From NCBI GenBank assembly GCA_029779475.1, contig JAKPAN010000118.1:26136-90135 (forward strand): DNA of 64,000 nt. The letters run 5' to 3'. The notes beneath the pieces were generated by a model, which ran no database searches, had not been told where the DNA came from, and saw only the letters and a program-made list of their open reading frames with translations. The DNA is from Pseudomonadota bacterium. Lineage in GTDB: Bacteria > Pseudomonadota > Gammaproteobacteria > Xanthomonadales > Rhodanobacteraceae. Position numbers and translations under genes: made by a program. This document shows, piece by piece, positions 27,480 to 38,300 of the stretch (position 1 is its first letter; each line of letters starts with the position of its first letter).

Positions 27480-28223
27480 TCAATTCTTGGCAGCGGCGGC
27501 TGCGGCGCTTTGGCGGTCGAGCTCGGCGGCAAGCATGTCCGGCGACATCGCGACCTGATTCGGGATTTGCGCGCCGTCGGGGCCGATGATCGTCGGCGTC
27601 GCGGAGATGCCGATCGACTGGGCGAGGTCGGCGGTTTCGGCGACCGGGTTCGGGCAGGTCGCGGCGCCGGTATCCTTGCCCGCCATCGCAGCGGTGAAGG
27701 CTTCTTCGCGGTCCTTCGAGCACCACACGGCCTGCGCCTTCTTGTCGGCGCCCGGGTGGATGGAAAGCGGGAAGAACAGGTAGTTCACCGCGATGCCCTT
27801 GGCGTTGTACGCGGCGATCTGCTCGTGGAAACGGCGGCAGAACGGGCAATCGACGTCGGTGAACACCGTGACCGTGTGCTTGGCCTGCAGCGGCGCCTTC
27901 GGCGCGAACACGATGCGCTTGTCCGGGCCGATCTTGTCGAGCGCGACCTTGCGCACCTTGGCGCGCGACTCCTGCGTGAGGTCGCGCTTGTTGGCGACAT
28001 CGAACGCGCTACCGTCGAGCATGTAGCGGCCGTCCTTGCTCACGTAGACGAATTCGCTGCCGACGATCGCCTCGTAGAAACCGGGGATCGGCGACTCCTG
28101 CGCGGCCTCGATCTTGGCGTTGGGCGCGAACGCGCGCACCGCCTGTTGAACCACGCCATCGGGCGTCGCCGCGACGGCGGCGCCGCCGAGCAGGAGTCCG
28201 ACCGCAACGAGAAGAAAGCGCAT
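27480..28223 (-). CDS. dsbC: Second DsbC-family protein (CPFC)
   Basis: Signal peptide, YVSKDGRYMLDG, FTDVDCPFCRRFH, GISATP. Confidence 0.85.
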   Translation of the reverse strand: MRFLLVAVGLLLGGAAVAATPDGVVQQAVRAFAPNAKIEAAQESPIPGFYEAIVGSEFVYVSKDGRYMLDGSAFDVANKRDLTQESRAKVRKVALDKIGPDKRIVFAPKAPLQAKHTVTVFTDVDCPFCRRFHEQIAAYNAKGIAVNYLFFPLSIHPGADKKAQAVWCSKDREEAFTAAMAGKDTGAATCPNPVAETADLAQSIGISATPTIIGPDGAQIPNQVAMSPDMLAAELDRQSAAAAAAKN

Positions 28224-28468
28224 GATGACCTCGAGCCACGCGGGCAATGGGAAGGATGACCGGCGTCGCGCGAAGATTCTTGCAGACGGCGGTTCGGGGA
28301 AAAGACCGCGCGGCGGCGACAAGGTTCCGGCGCGCAACACCAGATTGTCCCACGCAGGGGACGGCGGTGGAAGCGCGACCCACCCCGGTGGCTTGGATCG
28401 CGCCTTTGGGCGCTCTTGCGCAACCCCGTCGAGCCAGCAGGGGCGCCGGAAAGCGTGACCACCCCGCA

Positions 28469-29422
28469 TCAACCGCGCGGATGATGCCGCGCATGCAGGC
28501 GTTTCAAGCCTTCCTTGGCGACCAGCGTGTAGATCTGCGTCGTCGACAGCGAACTGTGGCCGAGCATGAGTTGCAGCGCGCGCAAGTCGGCGCCGTGGTT
28601 GAGCAGGTGCGTGGCGAAGGAATGGCGCAACACATGCGGCGAAATGCGGCTCGCGGCGATACCGGCCTGCACCGCGTAGCGGCGCACCAGCGTCCAGAAC
28701 ATCTGCCGCGTGATCGCCGCGCGCCGCGCGCTGACGAACAGCGCCTCGCTGCGCCCGCCCTTGAGCAGCACCGGCCGCGCCTGCTCGACGTAGCGCGCGA
28801 GCCAGTGCGCGGCCTCGTCGCCGAGCGGAACGAGCCGCTCCTTGCCGCCCTTGCCGACGATGCGCAGCACGCCCTGGCGCAGGTTCACTTGCGTCGCCGC
28901 GATGCCGACGAGTTCGCTCACGCGCAGGCCGCAGGCGTACATGAGTTCGATCATCGCGCGGTCGCGCAGGCCAAGCGGCGTTTCCGGCGGCGCGCGCAGC
29001 AGCGCTTCGACTTCGTTTTCCGACAGCGCCTTGGGCAGGCTGCGCGGCAGTTTCGGCGCGTCGACGAGCAGCGTCGGGTCGGCATCGATGCGACCGTCGC
29101 GCACGAGCAGCCGGTAGAAATGCCGCAGCGTCGACAACATCCGCGCCGTCGAACGCGGCTTGTAGCCTGCCCACGTGCGCTCGGAAAGGTACTTCTGCAA
29201 TTCGGCTCGGCCGGCCGCGCCAAGGGAACTTCCTTGCGCGCCGAGCCAGCGCGCGAACGCCTGCAAGTCCGAGCGGTAACTCGACAGCGTGTTGTCGCCC
29301 AGGCCGAGCTCCGCCCATGCGCGCTCGATGAAGCGCGCGACGAGCGCGGCGTCCGCTTCGGCGATCGCGCGCGCCGGCGGTCGGCCGCGGCGTGCACGCG
29401 CAGGTGTCGTGGCTTCGGGCAT
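28469..29422 (-). CDS. xerD: Site-specific tyrosine recombinase XerD
   Basis: LRDRAMIELMYACGLRVSEL, GKGGKERLVP, SPHVLRHSFATHLLNHGADLR...LGHSSLSTTQIYT, C-terminal HHPRG. Confidence 0.96.
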   Translation of the reverse strand: MPEATTPARARRGRPPARAIAEADAALVARFIERAWAELGLGDNTLSSYRSDLQAFARWLGAQGSSLGAAGRAELQKYLSERTWAGYKPRSTARMLSTLRHFYRLLVRDGRIDADPTLLVDAPKLPRSLPKALSENEVEALLRAPPETPLGLRDRAMIELMYACGLRVSELVGIAATQVNLRQGVLRIVGKGGKERLVPLGDEAAHWLARYVEQARPVLLKGGRSEALFVSARRAAITRQMFWTLVRRYAVQAGIAASRISPHVLRHSFATHLLNHGADLRALQLMLGHSSLSTTQIYTLVAKEGLKRLHARHHPRG

Positions 29423-29510
29423 CGGTGGAATCGATCGGCGCGCGGCAGCGCGCTTGCAAGTCCGAGACTAAACCGCGACGCTGGATCGCGTCATCCTTCC
29501 TCGCCTGCGC

Positions 29511-29945
29511 ATGGATCCGAAACCCGCATCGCTCTGGGCGCGCTTCGCCGCGCTCGTCTACGACCTGTTCCCGCTGATCGGGCTGTGGATGCTCGTCGCC
29601 GCGCTGTTCCTGCTGGCCGCGCACGGTGGCGTCGACGCGGCGCATCCGCCGTTCGCGTACCGGCTCGCGCTGCGCGGCGCGCTGCTGACGGTGACGGCGA
29701 TCTACTTCATCGTGTCGTGGTCGCGCGGCGGCCAGACGATCGGCATGCGCGCATGGCGCCTTCGCGTCGTCGGCGCGGACGGCGCGACATTGCCGTGGCC
29801 GCGCGCGCTGCTGCGCTTCGGCGTCGCGCTGGTTTCGCTCGGCGCGTGCGGACTCGGTTTCCTGTGGTGCCTCTTCGATCGCGAGCGGCGCGCTTGGCAC
29901 GACCTCGCCGCGCGCAGCCGCGTGGTGCGTCTGCCGGCGAAATAG
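29511..29945 (+). CDS. RDD family membrane protein
   Basis: RFAALVYD, GGQTIGMRAWRLRV and RRAWHD. Confidence 0.9.
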   Translation: MDPKPASLWARFAALVYDLFPLIGLWMLVAALFLLAAHGGVDAAHPPFAYRLALRGALLTVTAIYFIVSWSRGGQTIGMRAWRLRVVGADGATLPWPRALLRFGVALVSLGACGLGFLWCLFDRERRAWHDLAARSRVVRLPAK

Positions 29946-29964
29946 TGCGTTCCGCCGCGTTCGC

Positions 29965-30429
29965 TCAGGCGGCGAGCGCCTCGACGACCATGCCTTCGAT
30001 CACGTCGAGATCGGGAATGATCGCGCGGTCGTCGCGCACGAGCACTTCCGCGCGCACGCCGGGCGCGTGCGGCTGTTCGTCGGAAGTCGGGATGAGCAAT
30101 TCCTGCGTGATCGTGGTCAGGCGCGGGAAGCCCTGCACGAGCAGCGCGATGAACGGCATGCCGGAGTTGCCGCCGAGCGCCTTGAGTACGGCGACGCGCG
30201 CGTTCATGCGGCTCTCGTCGGCGAGACGGCCGGTAAGGATCGGCAGCGACACCAGCGGCAGGCGCCAGCCGCGCCACGAGAGACGGCCGAGCAGCCACGC
30301 CGGCGCGCCGGCGATCGGGTCGGGCGTCGTATAGCTGATGACCTCGGCGACGGTCGCGTTCGGCAGCAGCACGCGGCCGTCGGTGACCGGCACCATGACG
30401 CCTCGGATTTCACGCGGGAGTTCGGCCAT
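29965..30429 (-). CDS. chpC: CheW-like protein ChpC
   Basis: LLPNATVAEVI and WLLGRLSWRGWRLPLVS; last gene of the Pil-Chp operon. Confidence 0.88.
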   Translation of the reverse strand: MAELPREIRGVMVPVTDGRVLLPNATVAEVISYTTPDPIAGAPAWLLGRLSWRGWRLPLVSLPILTGRLADESRMNARVAVLKALGGNSGMPFIALLVQGFPRLTTITQELLIPTSDEQPHAPGVRAEVLVRDDRAIIPDLDVIEGMVVEALAA

Positions 30430-30476
30430 CGTCGTCTTCCTTCGGCTGCCACGGCCCCGCCGCGGCGTCGCGAGCG

Positions 30477-32303
30477 CTAAGTGCGCTCTTCGTTGAGTTT
30501 GCGCGCCAGTTCTTCCGGCGTGCCCTGGAATTGCACGACGCCGGTTTCGAGCACGCCGTCGATCATCGTGCTGACCATGCAGCTGTCCGGCGATTGCACG
30601 TAGACGTTGCCGCCGCGCGCCGCGATCGCCTTGGCACCGTCCGCGGCATCGTCGGACATGCCCGAGAACACGATCGCGCCCGCGGACGCGCCGAAGCGTG
30701 CGGCAACATCCTCGAGCACGCGGTCGATCGAAGGCCGGTACGCCGATTGTTCGGCCACGTCCTGCAGCACGACGACGCCGTTCGGTTCGACGAGCAGGCG
30801 CTTGTCGTTCGGCACGACGAACACTTCGCCATGGCTGGCGCGATCGCCATGCGCGGGCGTGCGCACGGTGAGCGCGATCGAACGCGCGAGCTGGCGAGTC
30901 ATCGTGTCGACGAATTCGTCGCCGAGGTGCTGCGCGAGCAGGAACAGCGCGGGGTAGCCGGCCGGCAGTTGCGAAAGGAAAACGCGCACCGCTTCCGGTC
31001 CGCCGATCGAGGCGCCGAGCACCCAGACGCGGCGGATCTTCGCGTTCGCGGCCGCGCCCGGATCGAGCCAGTTCTCGTGCGAGGCCTTCTCGATCGCGAC
31101 CGGCGCGACGGCTTCTTCGAGCGGCACGAGTTCGAGCGTGAAAGCACTATTCGGCGAAGGCGGCGGCGCGGCGTTTTCCGCTTCCGGCGCGAGGTATTCG
31201 GCGGCGCTGACCTTGTCGACGACGACCTCGTCGTCCGCGCGCACCGTCGGCGGCGCGAGTACGCCGTCGAGCAACTCATCGATCGACCACTCACTGGATT
31301 CGCCCGCCGAATGCAGCACGTCACCGGGCGCTTCCAGTTGCACGGGCGGCGCCGGCGCGTCGAGATCCAGGTCGAGATCGAAATCGCCGAGCGGCAATTC
31401 CACCGCCTCGACCGGCGCCTGCGCGCTGGCGGCATCGTCGAATACGGACGGCGCGGGCGGCGGTGGCGCGGCGATCAGGTCGTCATCGGCCAGCGTCCAG
31501 TCGGCGAGTTCGAACGCATCCGTGGTTTCGGTGCCGGCGAGTTCGACGGCGTCGACATGGATGTCGGCGACGTCGGAAGCCGCGGCATCGAACGCCGGTG
31601 CGGCTGGAGCCGCGGGGATGTCGAAATCGAAGTCGTCCGCGAGCGCCATGGTTTCCGGCGCGCTCGATCCGATGACGGGCGCGGCGGGAATCGGCGGCAA
31701 ATCGAAATCGAAGTCGTCCAGCGCGTCAGGTTCGAGCGAGGGCGCTTGGGACGCGGGCGCGTTGTGCGCGGGCGCATCGAACGCAGGCGGCGCCGGCATG
31801 TCGATGATGAAATCGTCGGCGCCCAAGTCGTCGGACTCGGTTGTGGCGGCAGCGGGCTCCGCTTCGTGCGAGATATCCGGCTCGCGGGCGACGTCCGGAA
31901 TGTCGGCGAGCGCCGCTTCCGGTACCGCTTCCGCGTGCGCCGGGCGCGGCGGATGGACGTCGGCGTTGCCGAAGATCTTGGCCCCGAGATGGCGCATCCA
32001 GCGCGCCTGGTCCCAGCCCGACAGCGCACTGCTCACGCCGCCGTCGTTGATGAGTACGCGGTAGCGGTCGTCGTCGAGCAGGTCGTAGACCGCGTCGAAT
32101 TCGCTGTTGTCGCCGTCGTCGAGATTGACGATGACGACGCGCGCGCCGGAGCGCTCGAGCGCGCCGCGGTCGAACGTGTCGGCGACGCTTTCATAGGCGA
32201 CAGCCGCGCCGAGCGCATCGAGCGCCGCGCGCAAATGTTCGTTGCGCGTGGGCTTGTCGCTGAGCAGCGCGACGGACATGGCGGCGGCGTCAGGCACGTT
32301 CAC
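30477..32303 (-). CDS. chpB: CheB-like methylesterase ChpB with long acidic linker
   Basis: VLGASIGGP, AQHL, YRPSID and FSGMSDD catalytic motifs at the C-terminus; start GTG 32303 or ATG 32279. Confidence 0.88.
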   Translation of the reverse strand: MNVPDAAAMSVALLSDKPTRNEHLRAALDALGAAVAYESVADTFDRGALERSGARVVIVNLDDGDNSEFDAVYDLLDDDRYRVLINDGGVSSALSGWDQARWMRHLGAKIFGNADVHPPRPAHAEAVPEAALADIPDVAREPDISHEAEPAAATTESDDLGADDFIIDMPAPPAFDAPAHNAPASQAPSLEPDALDDFDFDLPPIPAAPVIGSSAPETMALADDFDFDIPAAPAAPAFDAAASDVADIHVDAVELAGTETTDAFELADWTLADDDLIAAPPPPAPSVFDDAASAQAPVEAVELPLGDFDLDLDLDAPAPPVQLEAPGDVLHSAGESSEWSIDELLDGVLAPPTVRADDEVVVDKVSAAEYLAPEAENAAPPPSPNSAFTLELVPLEEAVAPVAIEKASHENWLDPGAAANAKIRRVWVLGASIGGPEAVRVFLSQLPAGYPALFLLAQHLGDEFVDTMTRQLARSIALTVRTPAHGDRASHGEVFVVPNDKRLLVEPNGVVVLQDVAEQSAYRPSIDRVLEDVAARFGASAGAIVFSGMSDDAADGAKAIAARGGNVYVQSPDSCMVSTMIDGVLETGVVQFQGTPEELARKLNEERT

Positions 32304-35300
32304 GCTTCAGTACTTCCTGTACCTGGCGCAGCAGGTCGTCTTCCTGGTACGGCTTGCCGAGATAGCGTTCGACGCCGATTTCCAGCGCGCGTTGGCGATG
32401 TTTTTCGCCGGTGCGCGAGGTGATCATGATGATCGGGATGCGGCGCAGGCGCGCATCGTTGCGCATGTAGGTCGCCAGTTCGTAACCGTCCATGCGCGGC
32501 ATTTCGATGTCGAGCAGGAGCAGGTCGGGCGTGACGTCCTGGAGTTTCTCGACCGCGTCGAGGCCGTCCTTCGCGGTGGCGACTTCGTAGTCGGCGCGTT
32601 CGAGCACGCGCGAGGTGACCTTGCGCATCGTGATCGAGTCGTCGACGACCATGACCAGCGGCTTGCCGCGCTCTTCGACCGGCGCGGGTGCGGCGGGCGC
32701 CATGAACGCGGGCACTTCCTCGACGCCGCCTTCGGCGATGCGCGCGCGCAGTGCGGCGAGGCGGCGCACGAGCGGCGCGAGGTCGAGAATGATGACGACC
32801 GAGCCGTCGCCCATGATCGTCGCGCCGAAGATGCCGGGGATCGAACTGAGCTGCGGGCCAACCGACTTGACGACGATTTCACGCGAACCGACGACGCCGT
32901 CGATGCGGATCGCCGCGCGCTGATCGCCGGTGCGCGTCATCAGCAGCGGCACCTGCACTTCTTCGTCGGCGACGTGCACGCGCGGCAGGCCGAGCAGGTG
33001 CGACAGTTCGTAGATCGCGTAGTTTTCGCCGGCATACTGGTGATGCGCGTCGCCGGATGCGAGGCGGCGCTCGAGGTCATCCTGCGCGATGCGCGCGACG
33101 CCCTGCACCGACGACATCGGGATCGCGTACTGGTGTTCGCCGAGCTTGATCAGGATCGCCTGCGTCACCGCCAGCGTGAACGGCAGGCGGATCGTGAACT
33201 GCGTGCCCTTGCCGCGCGTGGAGTCGATCGTGAGCGAGCCGCCGAGCTGCTTGATTTCGTTATGGACGACGTCCATGCCGACGCCGCGGCCGGCGAGCTG
33301 GGTGACCTGCTCGGCGGTCGAGAAGCCGGTTTCGAGGATGAAGCCGTAGAGATCGCGGTCGGACAACTGCACGTCCGGGCCGAGCAAGCCGCGCTCGATC
33401 GCCTTGCGGCGGATCGCCTCGCGATCCATGCCGCGGCCGTCGTCGGACACGCGCAACACGACTTCCGTTGCCTCGCGGCTGACCGCGATGTTGACCGTGC
33501 CTTCGCTTGGCTTGCCGTCGAGCTGGCGTTGCCCAGGCGATTCGATGCCGTGCGCGAGCGCGTTGCGCAGCATGTGCTCGAACGGCGCCTTCATGCGCTC
33601 GAGCAGGTTGCGATCCATTTCGCCGTGCGCGCCTTCGACCTTGAGCTGGGCCTGCTTGCCCAGTTCCTGCGCGGCCTGGCGCAGCGTGCGGCGCAGGTTC
33701 GGCACCATCGACTCGAACGGCACCATGCGCGTGCGCATGAGGCCTTCCTGCAGCTCCGAACTGACGCGCGACTGCTGCAACAGCAGCGTTTCCGACTGGC
33801 GCGTCTGGTCGTCGAGCAGGTTCTGGATCGAGACCAAGTCCGACACCGATTCGCCGAGCGCGCGCGACAGCTGCTGCAGCTGCGAGAAGCGGTCGAGTTC
33901 GAGCGGGTCGAACGTGGTGTCGGTGTCGTGCTGCTCGCGCTGGTAGCGCGCGATGATCTGCGCTTCGGTTTCGATCTCGAGCTTGCGCAGCTGTTCGCGC
34001 AGACGCGTGACGGTCTGGTCGAGTTCGACGAGGTTGCCGCGGAAGCTGGCGACCTGCTGTTCGAGGCGCGAACGGTAGATCGAGACTTCGCCCGCGTTGT
34101 TGACGAGTGCGTCGAGGAGATCCGAACGCACGCGGATCATTTCCTGCGGCGCGTGAGGCGTTTCCTCGCGATCCATCGCGGTGAGATGGCGCGGCGCCGG
34201 GCGCACGGGCGCGGCGGGCGCCGGTTCGCGCGCAACGCTGCTGTCGGCGGCAGGCGCTTCATGCGCCGGTTCGTGCGGAATCGCTGCGCTGGCGGGACGT
34301 TCGATGCCGGGCACGAGCGCGTACAGGCGTTCGATCGCGTGCGTCGGCATCGCGATGCCGCGGCGCTGCGCGACGCGCTTGACCAGCACGTGCAGGCGGT
34401 CGAAACCGCGTTCGATGGTTTCCACGGAAGCGCGATCGATCGCGACACGGCCGTCGCCGAGCGCATCGACGAGCGATTCCATCGCGTGGCAGAGATCGCC
34501 GACCGGCGCGAGGCCGGCCATGCGCGCGCCGCCCTTGAGCGTGTGCAAGTCGCGTTGCAGCGCGGAGATCAGGTCCTGCTCGTGCGGACGCGAGCGCAGT
34601 TGCGCGACGACGCCGTCGGAATGGTCGAGAATGTCCTCGCCTTCGGCGACGAACACGTCGAGCAGGTCGTCGTCGACATCGCCCGCGGCGAGCGCGCCGT
34701 CCGGTTGCGGATCGTCGGCGAGCGGCGCGGCGGGCGGCCCGGAGAGTTCGAATGCGACGGGCGCGGCCTTCACCGGCTCGTGCGCGGGTTCGACGGGCGC
34801 CAATTCTTCCGGCGCGTCCTCGAACACGAATTCCTCGACGACAAATTCTTCGCCATCCGCGTGCGGCGGTTCTTCGTGTGCGGATTCGACACCTGCGGCC
34901 TTGTCGTCGAATGCGGCTGCGACGTCGTGGCTGTGCGCTTCGCTCCAGACATGATGGTCGTGCAGCGATGCGGCGACCTCGTCGACGCGTTCGTCGGTGA
35001 GGCTTGCGGGTTCGACCGGCGTCTCGTGTGTTTCGGCGATGGGCGTTTCGACGCTTGGTGCTTCGACGCTTGGTGCTTCGACAACCGGCGCTTCGACGAT
35101 CGGTGCTTCGGCAATCGGCGCAACAGTTTCGACGATCTCGACGCCATGCACGTCGCCGATGCCGTCGACGGTGATGTCCTCGAGTCCGAGATAGTCGAGT
35201 CCGATGAATTCGTTCGCGGCTTCCCCGGCGTGGGCTTCGGGTTCGGCGCTCGGCACGGTTTCCTTGAGCGCCGTCGCGTCGTGCAGTTCCTCGAACGACA

Positions 35301-38300
35301 GCTCGTTCGCGAGTTCTGGCGCGGCTTCTTCGGCGGCGGCAAGTTCGGCGCCATCGCTGTACCAAGGCAGCGAGACTTCCGGTTCCGGCACGGCGTCGCG
35401 CAACGCGGCGATGCGCGCGGCAAGATCGTCCGAGTCGGGCAGCGGCGCCTCCTGCGCGGAGAGTCGGCGCATCACCTCGCGCGCAAGCGTGGCCGTGTCG
35501 CGCAGCGCGTCCAGCCCCTGCGCCGACATCGGCGTTTGCGACGCGCGCAAGCGCTTGACGTAGGTTTCCAGCGGCGCGAGCACGTTGCCGATGGCGGGAA
35601 TGTCGACCATCGCGACGGCGCCGTGGAACGTGTGCACGGCGCGCAGCAGCGGTTCGCTGACGTGCGCATCGCGCGGATCGGCTTCGGCGAGGTATTCGTC
35701 GATGACGCCGACGTGAGTGGCGACTTCGGCCTGCAAAATGTCGAACAGGACCGGGTCGATGTTCGGCAGCGGACTGGCCTGGATGTTCTGCGACACCGGT
35801 TCGCCGAACGCGGCGGCGATGTCGAGATCGTGGCGCTGGATCACCACCGGCGTTTCCGGCCGTGGCGCGGGAACGCGCTTGCGCACGATGCGGCGCACGG
35901 TCTGCGCCGTCTGCTCCGCGCGCTGCGGCACGCGCACGTCCTCGCCGGCGGCGAGGCGTTCGGCGGTGTCCGCGATCGCGTGAACGCGGAACGTGTCGAC
36001 CTTTTCGCCGCGCAGTGCGGAGAGCAAGTCCTGCGCGGACGCGAGCGCCTGTTCGACGAGATCGACAACCGCGCCGCTGGGCGCGATCGTGCGGTCGAGC
36101 ACGCGATTGAGCATGTTCTCGACCTTCCAGCTGAACTCGCCGAGCGCAGCCGCGCCGACGAGGCGGCCCGAGCCCTTGAGCGTGTGGAAGGAGCGGCGGA
36201 TCGGCACGAGCTGGTCGAGGTTGGCCGTATCGGCCTTCCACTGCGGCAATTGCTGCTTGAGGTTGCCGATTTCGTCGGCGACTTCCTCGAGGAAGATGTC
36301 GCGGATATCGTCGTCGATCTCGTCGCCGGCCTTCGCGGTGAAGCCGACCGGCAAGTACTCGACGGTCGCTTCGACGGGCTCCTCGATTTCCTCTTCGATC
36401 TCGATCCAGTCGCCGTCGTCTTCGGCGACGACGGGCGCGGCGTCGCCATCGGTCTGCGCGAGGCGCATCCCGGCCACGTCGTGCTGTTCGGCTTCGTGAG
36501 CGTGCGTTTCGCCGACGACGAGGTCGCCCAGGTCGGTGCCGGGCAGCACGTCGACGACGGGAATCTGCGCGGAAGGTTCTTCGACGACGGGTGCCGGAGC
36601 GGCGACGTGGTCGAACGCTTCGTGCGTCGCAGCAGGCGCAGCGGGTGCTTGCGGCGCGAGCGTCGCCTGCGGGATGGCGGTGAAATTGCTGATCTGCGCG
36701 GCGCGCGCTTCGACCGCCGACAGCGGCCAGTAGCCGAGCGATTGCAGGCTGTCGCGTGCGACATCGAGGATCGCGTCGCGGCCACGGCGATGTTCGCGCG
36801 TGGCTTCGAGGTAGTACTCGACCGCGGCGAGCGCGTCGGCGAGCTTGTCCATCTGCTCGGTGGTCGGCACGCGGCGGTGCGCGAGCAATTCGATCTGCAC
36901 GAAGCGCACGATCGCAGTGACGATATCGCCGGCTTCGGGCAGGTCGAGCATGCGCAACGCGCCGGCGATCTGTTCGAGCAGCTGAGGAATGCGTTCGACG
37001 CGCGCGTGGTCCCACGGCGACTCGACGAAGGCGACGATGTCCTGCTTCGCCTGTTGCAGATTGACGCTGGCCTCGCGCATGAGCGCGTCGAGCACGCGGC
37101 GGCTTTCGGCCTTGGGCAGCGTCGTTTCGGCGGGCGCATCCTCGGCGGGCGCTTCGCCGATGCGTTCGATGTGGTCGTCGAGGGATGCTTCGACGTAGAG
37201 CAATGCACCGGCAACGTCGAGCAGTGCGCCTTCGTCGACCGGACGCTGCGAACGCGCCATGCCTTCGAGCACTTCGCGTTGTTCGCCGACGACGCGACGC
37301 GGCACGCCGAGACCGAGCATGCCGAGCGTGTCGCCGACGCGGTTGAGCATGTCGGCTTGCGCTTCGAGATCGTGCGGATCGGCGTTTTGACCGCGCAGGA
37401 AGATGTCGAGCGCTTCCTTGACGCGCAGCAGGTCGTCCTTGATCGCGCTGGACACGGTGTCGAGCAACGCACGATTGCGACCGGTCATCGAGCCTTGCGC
37501 GTGCTGAAGTTCGGCTTGCGTCGGCAGCAACGCGTCGAGGCGATAGGTCGAACGGACGTCGGCGACGCGCGCCGAAGCAACTTTCGACGCATCGGCCTGC
37601 GCAACGTAATAGAGCAGATTCTTGACCAGCTCGCGCGGCGGCTTCGCGGCGAACGCGGCTTCGCCGCCGTCCGCGAAACGATGGATCTCACGGTCGACGC
37701 GACCAAGCAACAACTTGACCGAAACACCCGGCTCGAGCGCCCCCTCGGCAACGCATTCGGCAACGCCTGCGGCCGACCACCACAGACGGCGCGCGTCGGC
37801 GCTGTGCGACAAAGCACGCAGACGATCGAGCACATCGACGATGCGATGCAGGTGTTCGGGCGCGTTTTCGGCGCGGAACCATTTGAGCAGCGCCGCCTGG
37901 AATGCCAGACGCAGACGCAGGGTCTGCGTCCGCAGTTCGGCCTGCGACAAAGGCGCGGCTGCGCCGGCCGCCGACTCAGGCAGCGCGGCGGCAAGATCGG
38001 GCGTGAACAGCGCGGATTCGCTGAGCAGGTTTTCGCCCAGCACCGCGCGCAGATCGTTCAGCAGCGGCAACAGGACGATCGGAATGTCCTTGGCGCCGCT
38101 CTGCAGGCGTTCGAGGTAGTCCGGCAGCTGCACCATGCCGCGCATGAGCACGGAATAGGCTTCGTCGCGCTGACGCACGGTGTCGGCCACGAGCGCATCG
38201 GCGATGCGCTCCATGTTCTCGACGACCATCGCCGCGCCATACAACTCGACCATGCGCAAGGTGCCCTGCACCTGGTGCAGGTCTTGCGCGCATTCGCGCA

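Noticed and set aside
28224-28468. GC-rich xerD-dsbC intergenic region with imperfect inverted repeats, possible ncRNA
   Set aside because: No recognisable RNA family motif; pairing is no better than expected at this GC content.
28469-29422. Tyrosine recombinase as a possible island or prophage integrase
   Set aside because: Sequence and xerD-dsbC context identify housekeeping XerD; no att sites or phage genes.
27480-29900. 806-aa ORF apparently fusing an unknown N-terminus to DsbC; similar N-extended ORFs at 691-3141, 12805-15045, 42281-43879 and 47696-49798
   Set aside because: The extensions overlap other real genes in different frames. True starts with signal peptides or RBS lie downstream.
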